From the human T2T-CHM13v2.0 reference genome, Homo sapiens, in NCBI RefSeq assembly GCF_009914755.1, contig NC_060940.1: DNA of 64,000 bases, one strand, 5' to 3'. The notes under the pieces were generated by a model. That model did no database searches, had not been told where the DNA came from, and worked only from the letters and a program-made list of their open reading frames with translations. The translations under genes were made by a program, and so were the position numbers. Positions 12,932-23,780 of this stretch are shown piece after piece; the first letter of the stretch is position 1, and each line of letters starts with the position of its first letter.

Positions 12932-14240
12932 ATCAGGCCATTATACCAATCTTCCCATGTTTCCTACCATATTTCTAAAAGAATATTATTTTATACCATA
13001 ACTATATTCAACATAGTGCCTATTTCTCTATTGCCTTCCTAGGAATTTAATTTTGTTGTCTAAATGGGGGAAGTCTGTTTCCTTTCCCAGTTACGGCCCA
13101 AATAATAAATGTTGATGTTACCGTGCTATAAAAATATGTCCTCTATAAATTGCTTTGCTTGTCATTAAGATGTTTCCTAAACAAGTTGAATATGCGCTAT
13201 GTTTTTGCCAGACACTTGAAGCAATCTTAAATTACCTGCTGTGTCTACACATATTCAGAAGGCCATAATAGAAATGTGCCGAGTGGCTCAGGAGAAAATC
13301 ATTTATAAAGATTAGAGGAGGACTTGGGAAGCTCTGCCTCTTGTTGCTTGGATTGTGCACAAATACATTTATTTCTGGGTATGTTTAGGTTATTTCTTTT
13401 CAGATTTATTTTGGTTTACACCGTTTCCCAAGCATTAGTCATCACTGTCCCCTGAAGCAGTCACACTATACTCATCTCCGTAGATGATCAATCAGAATCT
13501 TGAGAGTGAAATGACCAGTTAAGACAGACCAACAATTTGTTGATCTAGTGGAGGCGGAAAAAATGGAGTCTGAATTGAAATGACTTTTATGAGATTTCAC
13601 CCAGGTGGTTGTTTCTAAATTTATACTCAAAATATAGAGTGAAACTTGAGAGAACATTTGCAAGAAGGAATGTGATCCTAAAATAATAGGATGTCCTTGT
13701 TGGGTGAGTTGAGGAAGTATGATAGAGCCATAGAGGAAAAGGGTAGATTGGCATCGACTTAGTAGCGCTGACGATCATTTTTATCAGGGATGTGGATGTA
13801 GGCACAGAAAGAAAGGCATAGCTCTTAGATTAGCAGAAGAGACAAGGTTGGAAGGAATAATTGTCCAGTTAGAATGCATAATCTGTTTTTAAAGACATAT
13901 TAAACTGGAATAACCCATGTACAAGTATTTATCCAGCTTAGATACCTGGAAGTGGAATTCCTGGTTGAAAGGTATATTAATATAAAATTTTGTAAAAAAA
14001 TATATGTTAGATAATGCTTAGTCATCCTTCGCAAATATCATGCCAATCTACATTTCAACTACCAGGGCACACACTTGAACCCATATAAACAGTGGTCTAT
14101 TCTGAGGACTTTTCAGAACTTTTATTAAACGAAGATACATTGTAAATCTTTGAGGGAGTCATCTGGCATACAAAGTGTTTTCGAAACTTTGATTTTAAAG
14201 GAACTCATACTAACATCTTGAGAATCTAGTATCCTTAGAA

Positions 14241-14581
14241 CAGTGGTCCCCAACCTTTCTTGGCACCAGGGACCGGTTTTGTGGAAGACAATTTTTCTGT
14301 GGGCAAGGGTGGGGGATGGTTTCAGGATGAAACTATTGCACCTCAGATCATCAGGCATTAGTTAGATTCTCATAAGGAACATGCAACCTAGATCCCTCAC
14401 ACGTGCAGTTCACAGTAGGGTTCACGCTTCTATGAGAATCTAATGCCATGGCTGATCTGACAGGAGGCGGAGCTCAGGTGGTCATGCTCACTCACTTGCC
14501 ACTCCCCTCCTGCTGTGCGACTCGGTTCCTAACAGGCCATGGACCAGCACTGGTGTGTAGCCAGGGGGCTGGAGACCCCTG
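14241..14581 (+). mobile_element. MER1B (hAT-Charlie MITE)
   Basis: TIRs 'cagtggtccccaac' / 'ggagacccctg'; perfect 8-bp TSD ccttagaa (14233-14240, 14582-14589). Confidence 0.95.
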
Positions 14582-14734
14582 CCTTAGAACACAATTCAAG
14601 AAATGCTAGTCCACATGAAAGTGAAAGGCTGAAAACTTGCAGAAAAGGAAAACCGAAACATTGAAAGAGGGAAAATCTGACAGGAGAAGGCACAGAGATG
14701 AGCATGAGGGCCATTTGTTGAAGTGTTGGTAACA

Positions 14735-14900
14735 GTGATAATGATAATTCTAGCTGATATTTTCAGAGCATTTTCTACGTGTCACTCATGGAGTCCTCAC
14801 AAGAACTTCACGAAATAGGTACTGTAATTATTCCCATTTCATAGATGAAGCAATTGCAGCATAGGGAGATGAAGTACCTTGTCCAAGGTCATGCGAATAG
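14735..14900 (-). mobile_element. MIR
   Basis: 'aattattcccatttcatagatgaagcaattg...aagtaccttgtccaaggtca' is the MIR core, reverse complement. Confidence 0.8.
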
Positions 14901-15186
14901 GTTAGACTTATTCACTCTGTGTGGCCCCAGAGGAGGAATGGTTCTAGAAAGAAATATTTTAGCTTAATATTTGAAGAAGGGCTCCAGCAGTCAGAAACTG
15001 GGCATCATCTATTAGGGATATCTCCCTGAGGGAGAATTTGAGCGTGATTAATTCCCTGACATTCCATTGGTGGAACTCATTCTTTGACTTTAGATAAAAT
15101 TCTCTTGCTTCTGAATCTCTGCTAATTTAGGTGGTTTGTCCTGGACAAGACTGATTTTTAAAATTCTTTATGTTATTGTCAATAAA

Positions 15187-16049
15187 TTTTTTTTTTTTTT
15201 TTTGAGATGGAGTCTCACTCTGTCACCAGGCTGGAGTTCAGTGGATCCATCTAGGCTAACTTCAATCTCCGCCTCCCAGGTTGAAGCCACTCTCCTGCTT
15301 CAGCCTCCCGAGTAGCTGGTGTTGGAGGCCGAAAGATTGAGGGTCGTGATCAACTCAGTATACCACTGGAGGCTATATGAGTAAGCGCCAAACTGGTCTT
15401 CATAAATGCAGAATGTTGGCAGACCGACAAACTGCGTCTGCTGCCCCGAAGGAGTGCTGAAGACAGTCACCCCCGATGCGCAGTGTTTCTTGTGATTAGG
15501 TACATCTGAAGCCTGTTAGTAATAATATAAACCTGTGTTCAGTTAAGCAGCTGACCAGTCATTACCACCTCCTCCTTGCTCTTTCTACCCAATAAATACA
15601 AAGGGCTCTAGAAGCTCAGGGGTGCCTTTGCTCACTAGAAGCAGGGAGCTCTCTTCTTCTTCCCCAGACCCTTCCTTTAAAACAGTTTCTTTTGTCTTAA
15701 GTTTCCATTTCTACGTTTGTCCCTTTGTTCAGTCTCGTAATGACACTCTCAAGTAGTAACAGTAGTAACTGTCCTAATGACATCTCAAGTAGTAACTGTT
15801 GTCATGATGGTCTCAAGTAGTAACAGTAGTAACTGTTGTAGTGACTGGTCTCAAGTAGTAATTGCGGCAGTCAGCCACAGCTGGAATTACAGGCATGCAC
15901 CACCACACCCAGCTAATTTTTGTATTTTTAGTAGAGATGGGTTTTCACCATGTTGGCCAGGATGGTCTTGATCTCCCAACCTCAAATGATCCGCCCGCCT
16001 CAGCCTCCCAAAGTGCTGGGATTATAGGCGTGAGCCACTGCACCTGGCC
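15187..16049 (-). mobile_element. AluS split by an LTR insertion
   Basis: Alu arm runs to 'agtagctgg' (15319) and resumes 'gctggaattacaggc' at 15880; flanked by 'tattgtcaataaa' on both sides. Confidence 0.93.
15320..15879 (+). mobile_element. ERV solo LTR, probably LTR3 family (HERV-K HML-6)
   Basis: TG...CA ends, 560 bp, perfect 5-bp TSD gctgg; start 'tgttggaggccgaaag..tgagggtcgtgatcaactcagtataccactggagg' matches remembered LTR3. Family name is from memory. Confidence 0.8.
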
Positions 16050-16555
16050 TATTGTCAATAAAATATTTTTATATCCATGATGCCAGTTTGTTTGGTAAAT
16101 GTGACTACAGAGCCCAGGGTGAAAAGATGTAGAAATTGTCTTGGGATCATCTTGACGTCTCCTGGTTGGAGTATTCATGTTCACTCCCGCTCAATCCCCA
16201 GGTCATATGGCAGTCTAATCTCAGACTCTCAGCCCAGCTGCCACCTCCAGCCTCTGGCCTACACTAGTGCCCAGTGGTGAGCAAAGATGTTGGGAAGAAA
16301 TCTGGATGCATCTAACCCTGCTGCCTGTTGAGTATCAGGAAGCTGCCCAACACTCTTCCTTAGAAAGGTTTTAACATGTCATAATATTGAGGCATTGAAA
16401 ATCTAAATGAATTCTTCTGATTGTTCCAGAGAAGCTATGGAAATATGATCACTTCATTATCCTTTACCAAATGTTCATTGCATGTCTTCAGTCCCTCACA
16501 TTCCCACCAGCTCCTCTCTTCTTTGCCTGACCAACCTTACTCATCCTTTGAGGCA

Positions 16556-16903
16556 TGTGGCAGAGATCGTGTGTTCACTAAACTCTGTTTGTTTTCACTC
16601 TTGGCCATAGTTAGACTTAATTTTCCAAAGTTCCTTGCAGTTAGGCAGGGCCATGAAACAGACAATGGAATTTGGTAGAAGTCATCAAACCACTCCTTCC
16701 TCTCCTCACCTTCTTTCCCCATCCACAAGCTGAACCAAGGACTCCAAAGGTCTAGAGGAAGGCACAGCCCAAGATGGAAGGACCTGAATCCCTGACTCCC
16801 CCAAGACATTGAGCAAAGTGGAAGAAATTCATGGTTGGTTTTTAAGCTCTTTAGAAACAGTGGTTTATTTGTTGCAGCAGTTAATGTTGCTCTGCCTAAC
16901 ATA
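16556..16903 (+). mobile_element. Old MLT1 (I/J/K-like) LTR
   Basis: 'tgtggcagaga', 'ccttgcagttaggcagggccatg', 'aagatggaaggacctgaatccctga', 'tttatttgttgcagcag'. Confidence 0.65.
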
Positions 16904-17149
16904 AGACTCTGCTCTACCACATCAGGTTTCTTCATGGGTAAAGTAAGGTCTTCTCCTATGAGAATGCATAGAGCCCTAGACAGAGCTTGCATCATAGCTT
17001 TAGAATGCAAGCCCCATGGGACAGAGGCTGTGTCTTTCTTATCCATCATTGTACCCATTCCCTAGCAAGTGTCCAGCATTTGGAAGAAAGTCAATAAATA
17101 CTAGCTATTATTGCTATTAGTATTAATGTGTTAGCGTTGTCTGACCCTT

Positions 17150-17322
17150 GCTCCTTACAGTGTAGGCCATGGGCCACCATGGCATCACCCCAGAGCTTGC
17201 TAGAAATGCAGAGCCTCAGGCCTCATGCTAGTCTTATTGAATTAGCATCTGCATTTTAACAAGACTCTCAGGTGAGGCCATTCCTGCTGAGGTGCACATA
17301 CTAATATTTGAAAGACATCACT
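17150..17322. mobile_element. MER5A-like hAT MITE
   Basis: 'gcatcaccccagagcttgctagaaatgcagagcctcagg', 'atctgcattttaacaag'. Confidence 0.75.
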
Positions 17323-17328
17323 CTAGAC

Positions 17329-17454
17329 CAGCAGTTCTGAGCCTTGGTTGCACCTTAGAGTCACCCTATCAGAATTCCTATCAGAATCTGGTTTTGTTTT
17401 TGTTTTAAGGCTTCCCAGATGAATGTAATGTGCAGCCAGGATTGCAAACTACTG
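17329..17454. mobile_element. MER5B-like hAT MITE
   Basis: 'cagcagttctgagccttggttgcaccttagagtcacc'...'aatgtgcagccaggattgcaaactactg'. Confidence 0.7.
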
Positions 17455-17463
17455 CTCCATCTC

Positions 17464-18149
17464 AGTAGTTCTCAAACACTAGCCTGCGGCAGAATCCCCT
17501 GGGTGTTAGGTGCGTATCACAACACAGATTGCTGGATCACCTCCCCACACTGCCTGATTCAGTATGTCTGGCATAGGGACCAATAACGTGCATTTCTCCC
17601 AACTTCCCAGGTGCATTCGTTTGCAACGGCTGTCGTAACAAAGCATCATAAACTAAGTGGCTTACAACAGCAGAAATGTATTCTCCCATGGTTCTGGAAG
17701 CCAGAACTCTGAAATCAAGGTGTTGGCAAAGCCATGCTCTGGCAGCTAGTCCAGGGGAGGATCCTTCCTTGTGTCTTCCAGCTTCTGATGTTTGCCAGCA
17801 ACCCTTGGAGCTCTTTGGCTTGCAGAAGCATCCACCACTCCAGTCCTCTGTCTTTACACGGCTGTCTCCGTGTGTGTCTTCACATTGTTTTCCTTGTCTG
17901 AACATCTGTCTCTGTGTCCTAATTTCTCATTTTTATAAGAACACCAATCATATTGGCTTAGGGCCCGTGCTCATGACCTCATTTTATCTTGTTTACCTCT
18001 ACAAAGACTTCACTTTCAAATAAAGTCACATTCTGAGATATTAAGGGCTAAGACAATCAACATAAGCTTTTTGAGGGGACATAATTCAACTTACAACAGC
18101 AAGTGATACTGATGCTGCTGGTCTAGCAACCCCAGCTTGAGAACGACTG
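17464..18149. mobile_element. MER5A-like MITE interrupted by MLT1
   Basis: 'cagtagttctcaaac'...'catttctcccaacttcccagg', then after the LTR 'gtgatactgatgctgctggtc...ttgagaacgactg'. Confidence 0.75.
17612..18098 (-). mobile_element. MLT1B/C-like LTR
   Basis: 'ggctgtcgtaacaaagcatcataaactaagtggctt', 'gaaatcaaggtgttggca', 'aaataaagtcacattctgag', 'gacataattcaacttacaaca'. Confidence 0.85.
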
Positions 18150-18732
18150 CCTTGTTGTGAGCTGCAAAAGTGCAAAGACAACATTCCTTTCTTTCAGTAC
18201 ATCCTACCCAGAGTGTAGCTTGGCGCTTGGCACATCGTATGTTTTAAGTAACTATAGGTTGAATTAATTAATATTCTTTCCACACAGCAATTTGGCCTGC
18301 ATAAAAGACTTCAATATTTTCTTGATGTTGCCAGAGGCTTAATGTGTGACATTTCGTATAGCAAATGCTCAATAAATGTTGGGTGAGTGAACATAGCTGT
18401 CACTCCTCATTACATATTTTAAAAACAACCTTAGTGGGCCTTCATGCTTTTATTCCACCTTATGGAGCCCAATGACAGAATGCTGATTAAATGACATGGC
18501 TCCTTTAATGGGAAATTAACAATCTACAAAATGTTGTGGATTCAGTAATAGGCATTTGAGGCGCTGACTATGATGATTTGTTGCTTGCCTTGCCTTGATT
18601 CCCCAGTGAGAATTCATCTCTATTTAGCAAGTGCTGTGATCTACTCCAGTAAAGGAGATCTCTTTCTTTGAATCCCAGCAACCTCTAGCTTGGTCTTTAG
18701 CTTCATATATCACTGTTAATTTTCACCTAAGT

Positions 18733-18978
18733 CAGTGGTTCTCAACTGGGGGTGATTGTGCTCCTCAGGGGACAGACATTAGAGACATGTTTTGGTTGTC
18801 TGTCGTGAGAGCAGAGTGTATTCCCATTCCCCAGCTGGGACCAGCGGGTATGCTGCTCTCATCTAATGGACAGTGGCCAGGGGTGCTGCTGAACATCCTA
18901 CAGTACATAACACAGTTCTCATCGCTACAGAGAATCTCTGGCCCCAAACGTCAGTAGTGCCAGCGTAGATAAACCCTG
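18733..18978. mobile_element. MER20 hAT MITE
   Basis: 'cagtggttctcaactgggggtgatt'...'gctgctgaacatcctacag'...'aaaccctg'; 8-bp TSD acctaagt/acctaagc. Confidence 0.9.
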
Positions 18979-19194
18979 ACCTAAGCAAAGACAAAATGGA
19001 CATGAAGTTGCCTCAATGGGCAAGACCAAGACTTCTGAGCCACCCCATCAGTGACACTTGATGTAGCCCGTAGCAGGAGTGCCAGGGAGAACACAGCTTT
19101 GTTGTTCCATATCCAGCTGTTTGGATCAGAGGGAAATGGGATCTTTCAATCACTGCTGCAGTATGAGAAAGTGAGCTGCACCCAGTGGTTACTA

Positions 19195-19430
19195 GGTGGG
19201 GTGCTCTGTGCAGTGTGCTTCGAGCACACCCTCTCACTGAATGTGAGATGATGCTCCCACTCGCAGTGTCTCTGAGGTGAGAACTATTACAGTCCCCACA
19301 TTGCAGAAGAGGAGTCTCCAGCACTGAGACTGAGTAGTTCACCCAATGTCATATAGGGTGGAGTGTTAAAGTCCTAAATAAAACCCAGTCTATAGGACGA
19401 TTGAGTCTGTGATTTTAATCCCTGTGTAGT
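19195..19430 (-). mobile_element. MIR
   Basis: 'ctattacagtccccacattgcagaagaggagtctccagcactgaga...cccaatgtcata'. Confidence 0.65.
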
Positions 19431-19474
19431 CTGGGTTTACATTTCCATTCAGATTCCTGCTCCAACATTTCCTA

Positions 19475-19858
19475 TAGATGCTCCTCAACTTACGATGGGT
19501 TTATGACCCGATAAACCCATCGTAAGTTGAAAATTATCATTAAGTCAAAAATGTATTTAATACACATAACCTGCTAAACGCCATAGCTTAGCCTACCCTA
19601 CCTTAAACACACTGAGAACACTTCCAGTACAGTATTCAATAAATTACATGAGATGTTTAACACTTCGTTATAAAATAGGCATTATGTCAGATGATTCATC
19701 CCAACATCACAAGAGGATATGGCACCACATGTTGCTAACCCAGAAAAAGACTAGAATTCAAAATTTGAAATACAGTTTCTATTGAATGCATATCACTTTC
19801 ATACTATTGTGAAGTCAAAAAATTATGAGTGAAATCATCGTAAGTCAGGGACTCTCTC
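19475..19858 (+). mobile_element. MER47/Tigger5-type TcMar MITE inserted in a + strand MIR
   Basis: TIRs 'tagatgctcctcaacttacgatg' / 'catcgtaagtcagggactctctc', TA on both sides; host MIR continues 'ttgggcaagggatttaacc...tttcctcatctgcaaaatg' to about 20020. Confidence 0.85.
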
Positions 19859-20749
19859 TAGCTGCATTGTGTTGGGCAAGGGATTTAACCCTCACCGTCT
19901 TTGTTTCCTCATCTGCAAAATGAGGATTTATAACAGTTCAAAGGGTATCTACTAGGATTAAAAGATACAAAATACATCTAACAATGTCTGGCCACAGTAT
20001 AAGCTCAATAAATGTTAGTTCTTCTCCCCGTTAGCCGTCATTACATTCACAGGTATTAAGAAAGAGAAATGTATAGGTATGATATGTAATTCTCTTAGTT
20101 AATGAGACTTTCCTTAAACTAACTAGAAGATTCCATTCACTGGAAACATACTTAATGATGAAGCTTTTATTCTGTTCATCTCCTTCAGGGAGTACTTAAA
20201 AATAACTCACAAGCCCATTGTTAGAGCTCATGTTCTTTACCCAACCAGGATTTAATTAGTCCTTCAGCTCCTTAGCCCTTCTTAGAAGTTGTTCGATGTT
20301 AAATCCCACATGACCCTTGGGTGGGAAGGTGTGGAAACCCTCCAAGCACCATCTGACATACCCAGTGACTAGGAAGACTTCACAGTAAGAGTTAAGGATT
20401 TTTAAAGATTGCCGATGTTAATGAAGAAGGAAAAAAAATAGTGGATGTGCTAAATTAGATATTTACAAATTATGTTCCTCTCTCCAGGGGAAGATTCATT
20501 AATTTTCACCGTAACCAGCTTCATTCTATTGGGACACCAGAGGAGGATTTGCAGATTACAGATCCAGCCACATCTTTCTCATGCTTAAAGAAGTCTCATT
20601 GTCTGCACTGTCCAGAGAGGGGAAAGTCCACTGCCTGGACAAGGCCTTCATGGCTGTTCACAACCTGCCCCAGCCTCCAGTCCATTACCCTTGCCTATTT
20701 TGTTGCAGTGATGGAATTAAAGTACTTCTAATGAAAAAGGCTGTAGGTG

Positions 20750-21310
20750 AATTTTAATCCATTAGCCATCTACCAGACCTCCTCTGCCATCCTTTAGACT
20801 CTCCATACAGTTCCTCTCCCTGCCGTATCTTCTTGTGTGTCAATATTTATATCAAGCAAGCCCTCCTCATCTGCCCACCCTTTATCTGCCAGGCTAAGTC
20901 CAACTCCTACTTCAAGACCGCATTCAAATAATGCCTCCTGTCTGCAGCTTTCCTCAGCTTCCCCATGGAGAATTGATGGCTCCCTTTCTTTGAGCGTATT
21001 CATTCATTCATTCATTCATTCAATGACAACTATCTACCAGGAGCTGTTCTAAGCATTGGGGTGTGGAGGTGAATAAGAAAGCATAGAGCCATTGTTCTAG
21101 CTGGGGAACCAATATGAAGTAAAACATAAGCTAATACTTAAGTCCAGAAGTTCAGAAGTGATAAGTGCTCTGAGGAAAATATGGAGTGATGAGGAAGAGT
21201 GAAATTGGCAGAGTGAAGAGTGATATTTGATGAGGCAATCAGAAAGAGCCATTGTGAGGTGAGGTTTGGGCTAAAACCTGCATAATGAGAGGGAAGCATC
21301 CATCCTCCAA
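20750..21310. mobile_element. Two L2 fragments in opposite orientation (+ 20750-20990, - 20995-21310)
   Basis: 'aactcctacttcaagacc', then 'attcattcattcattcattcaatgacaactatctaccagg'. Confidence 0.6.
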
Positions 21311-22419
21311 GTGTAGAGCGTGGGACGTCTTGGTAGATACCTCACCAGCTCTTCCCTTCTCAGAGGCTCTGAACTCCTAGAGGGTGGCACTCTTGGCATC
21401 CCCAGACTCTTGGCATCCCCAGTACTTTGTCCGGAATTCATGCATAGCAGCAGATAGCCACAGGTGATGGCTCAAGTGCCTTCATTTAATTTAACTTAAA
21501 ATTTTATTTTCGGTTGTACCTGTTATGCATTTGTTAGCCATACTACTGGTTTTTTTTTTTTTAATCAAAGAAGAAAATAGCTATTGCTTCTTTTTTTTTT
21601 CTCTGGGTTCAAGACGTTCTGGAAACAAAGTTTGAAAAATCCATTTAGGAAATGCAATTTAAGTGCCAGATAACATCTTGGGATTGGCGCCATGATCGAT
21701 GAGGTCTGGGTGTAACCAACGTCTTATGCCATGTCTCTGATCTTTACTCAAATTCACCTCCTATTCTGGGTAGTGAAGTTTGGGGAGACCCAGTGGTGTG
21801 GAGAGAGGGTTGTGTTTAGCTTCTCTTTCCCTGACCTCAGAGTAAACACCAGCCATCTGCATAACAGCAGTGCCCTTTCATAGTACTTATTAGGCTATTG
21901 TTACTCAGTTGATGTCAGTTGGTGCCACTAGACAGAGGGCACTGCAGCCCCATGGCCATGTCTGTCTTTCTGAAAGATTCAAGTGCCAGTCTCTTTGCAT
22001 CTGGCACACAGTAGGTACTCTGAAAAGACTTGCAAAATGCAGAAATGAATGAATGAAGGCACAACAAAAACACGGACCGGAAGGGACACCTCCGGTCCTG
22101 AACAGCCTGGCTTCAACTTCAAGGACCACAGTTGGCTTGAATTTTAATCCATCAGGTCATCTCCATGTGTTCACTTTCTTCCATAAAGGTGAATGTGTCA
22201 AGCACTGTGCAAGCTGCCAGGAGAATGGTGGAGTATGATAACCATCTAGTGGGGGAGGCAAACTTGAATCGAATGATGGCACAAATAAGTGTGGAATTAT
22301 AGAGTATGGTAAAAGCTAAGAAGGAAAGGCAAATAGGGCTTCAAGAGTACACAGCAGTGAGCCTGGACCCAGGGGGATGTGGGAAGCCCAGGAACCTGGA
22401 TAAGTGGCTGTTGTTGTTT

Positions 22420-22909
22420 AATCTATTTTTTAGCTTTCATTTTAGTTTCAGAGGTACATGTGCAAATTTGTTACATAGGTAAACTCATGCCATGGGGGTT
22501 TGGTGTACAGATTATTTTGTCACCTGGGTACTAAGTATCCAATAGTTGTTTTTTTCTGATCTTCTTCTCCCACCATCTACCCTCAAGTAGGCCCTAGTGT
22601 GTGTTGTTCCCCTTTGTGTGTCCATGCTTTCTCATTATTTAGCTCCCACTTATAAGCGAGTACATGCAGTATTTGGTTTTCTGTTCCTGGGTTAGTTTGC
22701 TAAGGATAATGGCCTCCAGCTCCATCCATGTTCCTGCAAAGGACATGATCTTTCTTTTTTATGGCTGCATAGTATTCCATGGTATATACGTACCACATTT
22801 TCTTTATCCAGTCTACAGTTGATGGGCATTTAGTTTGCTTCCATGTCTTTGCTATAGTGAATAGTGCTGCAGTGAACATATGCGTGCATGGGTCTTTGTG
22901 GTAGAATGA
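22420..22909 (-). mobile_element. Primate L1PA13-16/L1PB-type 3' end, 5'-truncated
   Basis: 'gaggtacatgtgcaaatttgttacataggtaaac', 'ataatggcctccagctccatccatgttcctgcaaaggacatgatc', 'tatggctgcatagtattccatgg'. Confidence 0.9.
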
Positions 22910-23780
22910 AGTCACTGTTGAGCCTTGACCTCCAAGGCTGAAATAGATAAAGGAGTGAGGAGGGTGTTGTAGTGGGAAGCTGTGGCCTGCAGAAGCTATC
23001 CTGGGGCATCAGGAGCTGCTGGGGGAGGGAAATGGTATAAGACAGCAGACGAGGCAGACCAAGACTGGGTTCTGTAAGCTCTGCTAGGAATCTTCCTTGG
23101 TATCTGCAGAGCACAGGAAAGCTTTTGAGAGATTTCAGTGGGGAGATGATATATGCAGAGCTGAGTCTGGAATTATCACCTGGGCTGCTTGCTGCCAGAT
23201 AGATTGGAGCAGGAAGGGGGGGATGGGAAGCTAGCCAAGAGCAGGTGTCCAGGTGGGAGAGAATGGTCACTTAAACCTAGTGGGGGTGCCAGGGTGGGGA
23301 GAGGTAGACAGATTGAGGTGATATTTAGGAGGCAAACTCAACAGGCCTTGGTGATGGCTTATTTAGCTCAGTGGTCCTAAACCAGGGACAGTTGTGTCTT
23401 CCAAGGAACACCTGGAAATATCCAGATATTTTTTGGTTGTTGCAACTGGCTGGGAGATTGGTGGGAAGGGGATGCTACTAGCATTTCATAGGTAAAAACT
23501 AAGGATGTGGCTAAATATCCTACAATGCAAAGGGCAGCCCCTCCCCCAACAGCAAAGCTTTATCTGGCCCCAGTGTCCGTAGCGCAGTGGTTGAGAAACC
23601 TGGCTTCAGATGTAGAAACATCAGAGATGCAGTGTCAGAGGTGATCTTTGGGTCTTGTCTTACTAACAAGGTGAAAGGTCATGCCATTCTCTGAGATATT
23701 GGGACCCCGGATAGCCAGTTCTTTTACAAGGGGTATGTGGTGTCAATGGAGACCAGAAGATGGGTTCCTGAGGCATTTGG
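22910..23780 (-). mobile_element. L2 region (continues from about 22190-22400), interrupted by MER20
   Basis: 'ttgagccttgacctccaaggctga', 'gatatttaggaggcaaactcaacagg', 'tttggagacatccaagtgaggagatg'. Confidence 0.7.
23369..23602. mobile_element. MER20 hAT MITE
   Basis: 'cagtggtcctaaaccaggg'...'gatgctactagcat'...'gctaaatatcctacaatgca'...'ggttgagaaacctg'. Confidence 0.85.

Noticed and set aside
13472-13860. Possible old LINE endonuclease remnant ('TTW', 'LTGHF') on the - strand
   Set aside because: Motif spacing is wrong and similarity too weak to support by eye.
15740-15865. CRISPR-like repeat-spacer look of 'tctcaagtagtaa' x4
   Set aside because: 13-bp repeats with mutually related spacers inside a retroviral LTR in primate DNA; no cas genes.
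21389-21424. 17-bp tandem duplication (similar micro-duplications near 17366, 34814 and 38089)
   Set aside because: Ordinary slippage-type duplications with no further signal.
22074-22098. Hairpin ggaccgga/tccggtcc with an ETS-like 'accggaag'
   Set aside because: An 8-bp stem is expected by chance in 64 kb; no supporting context.
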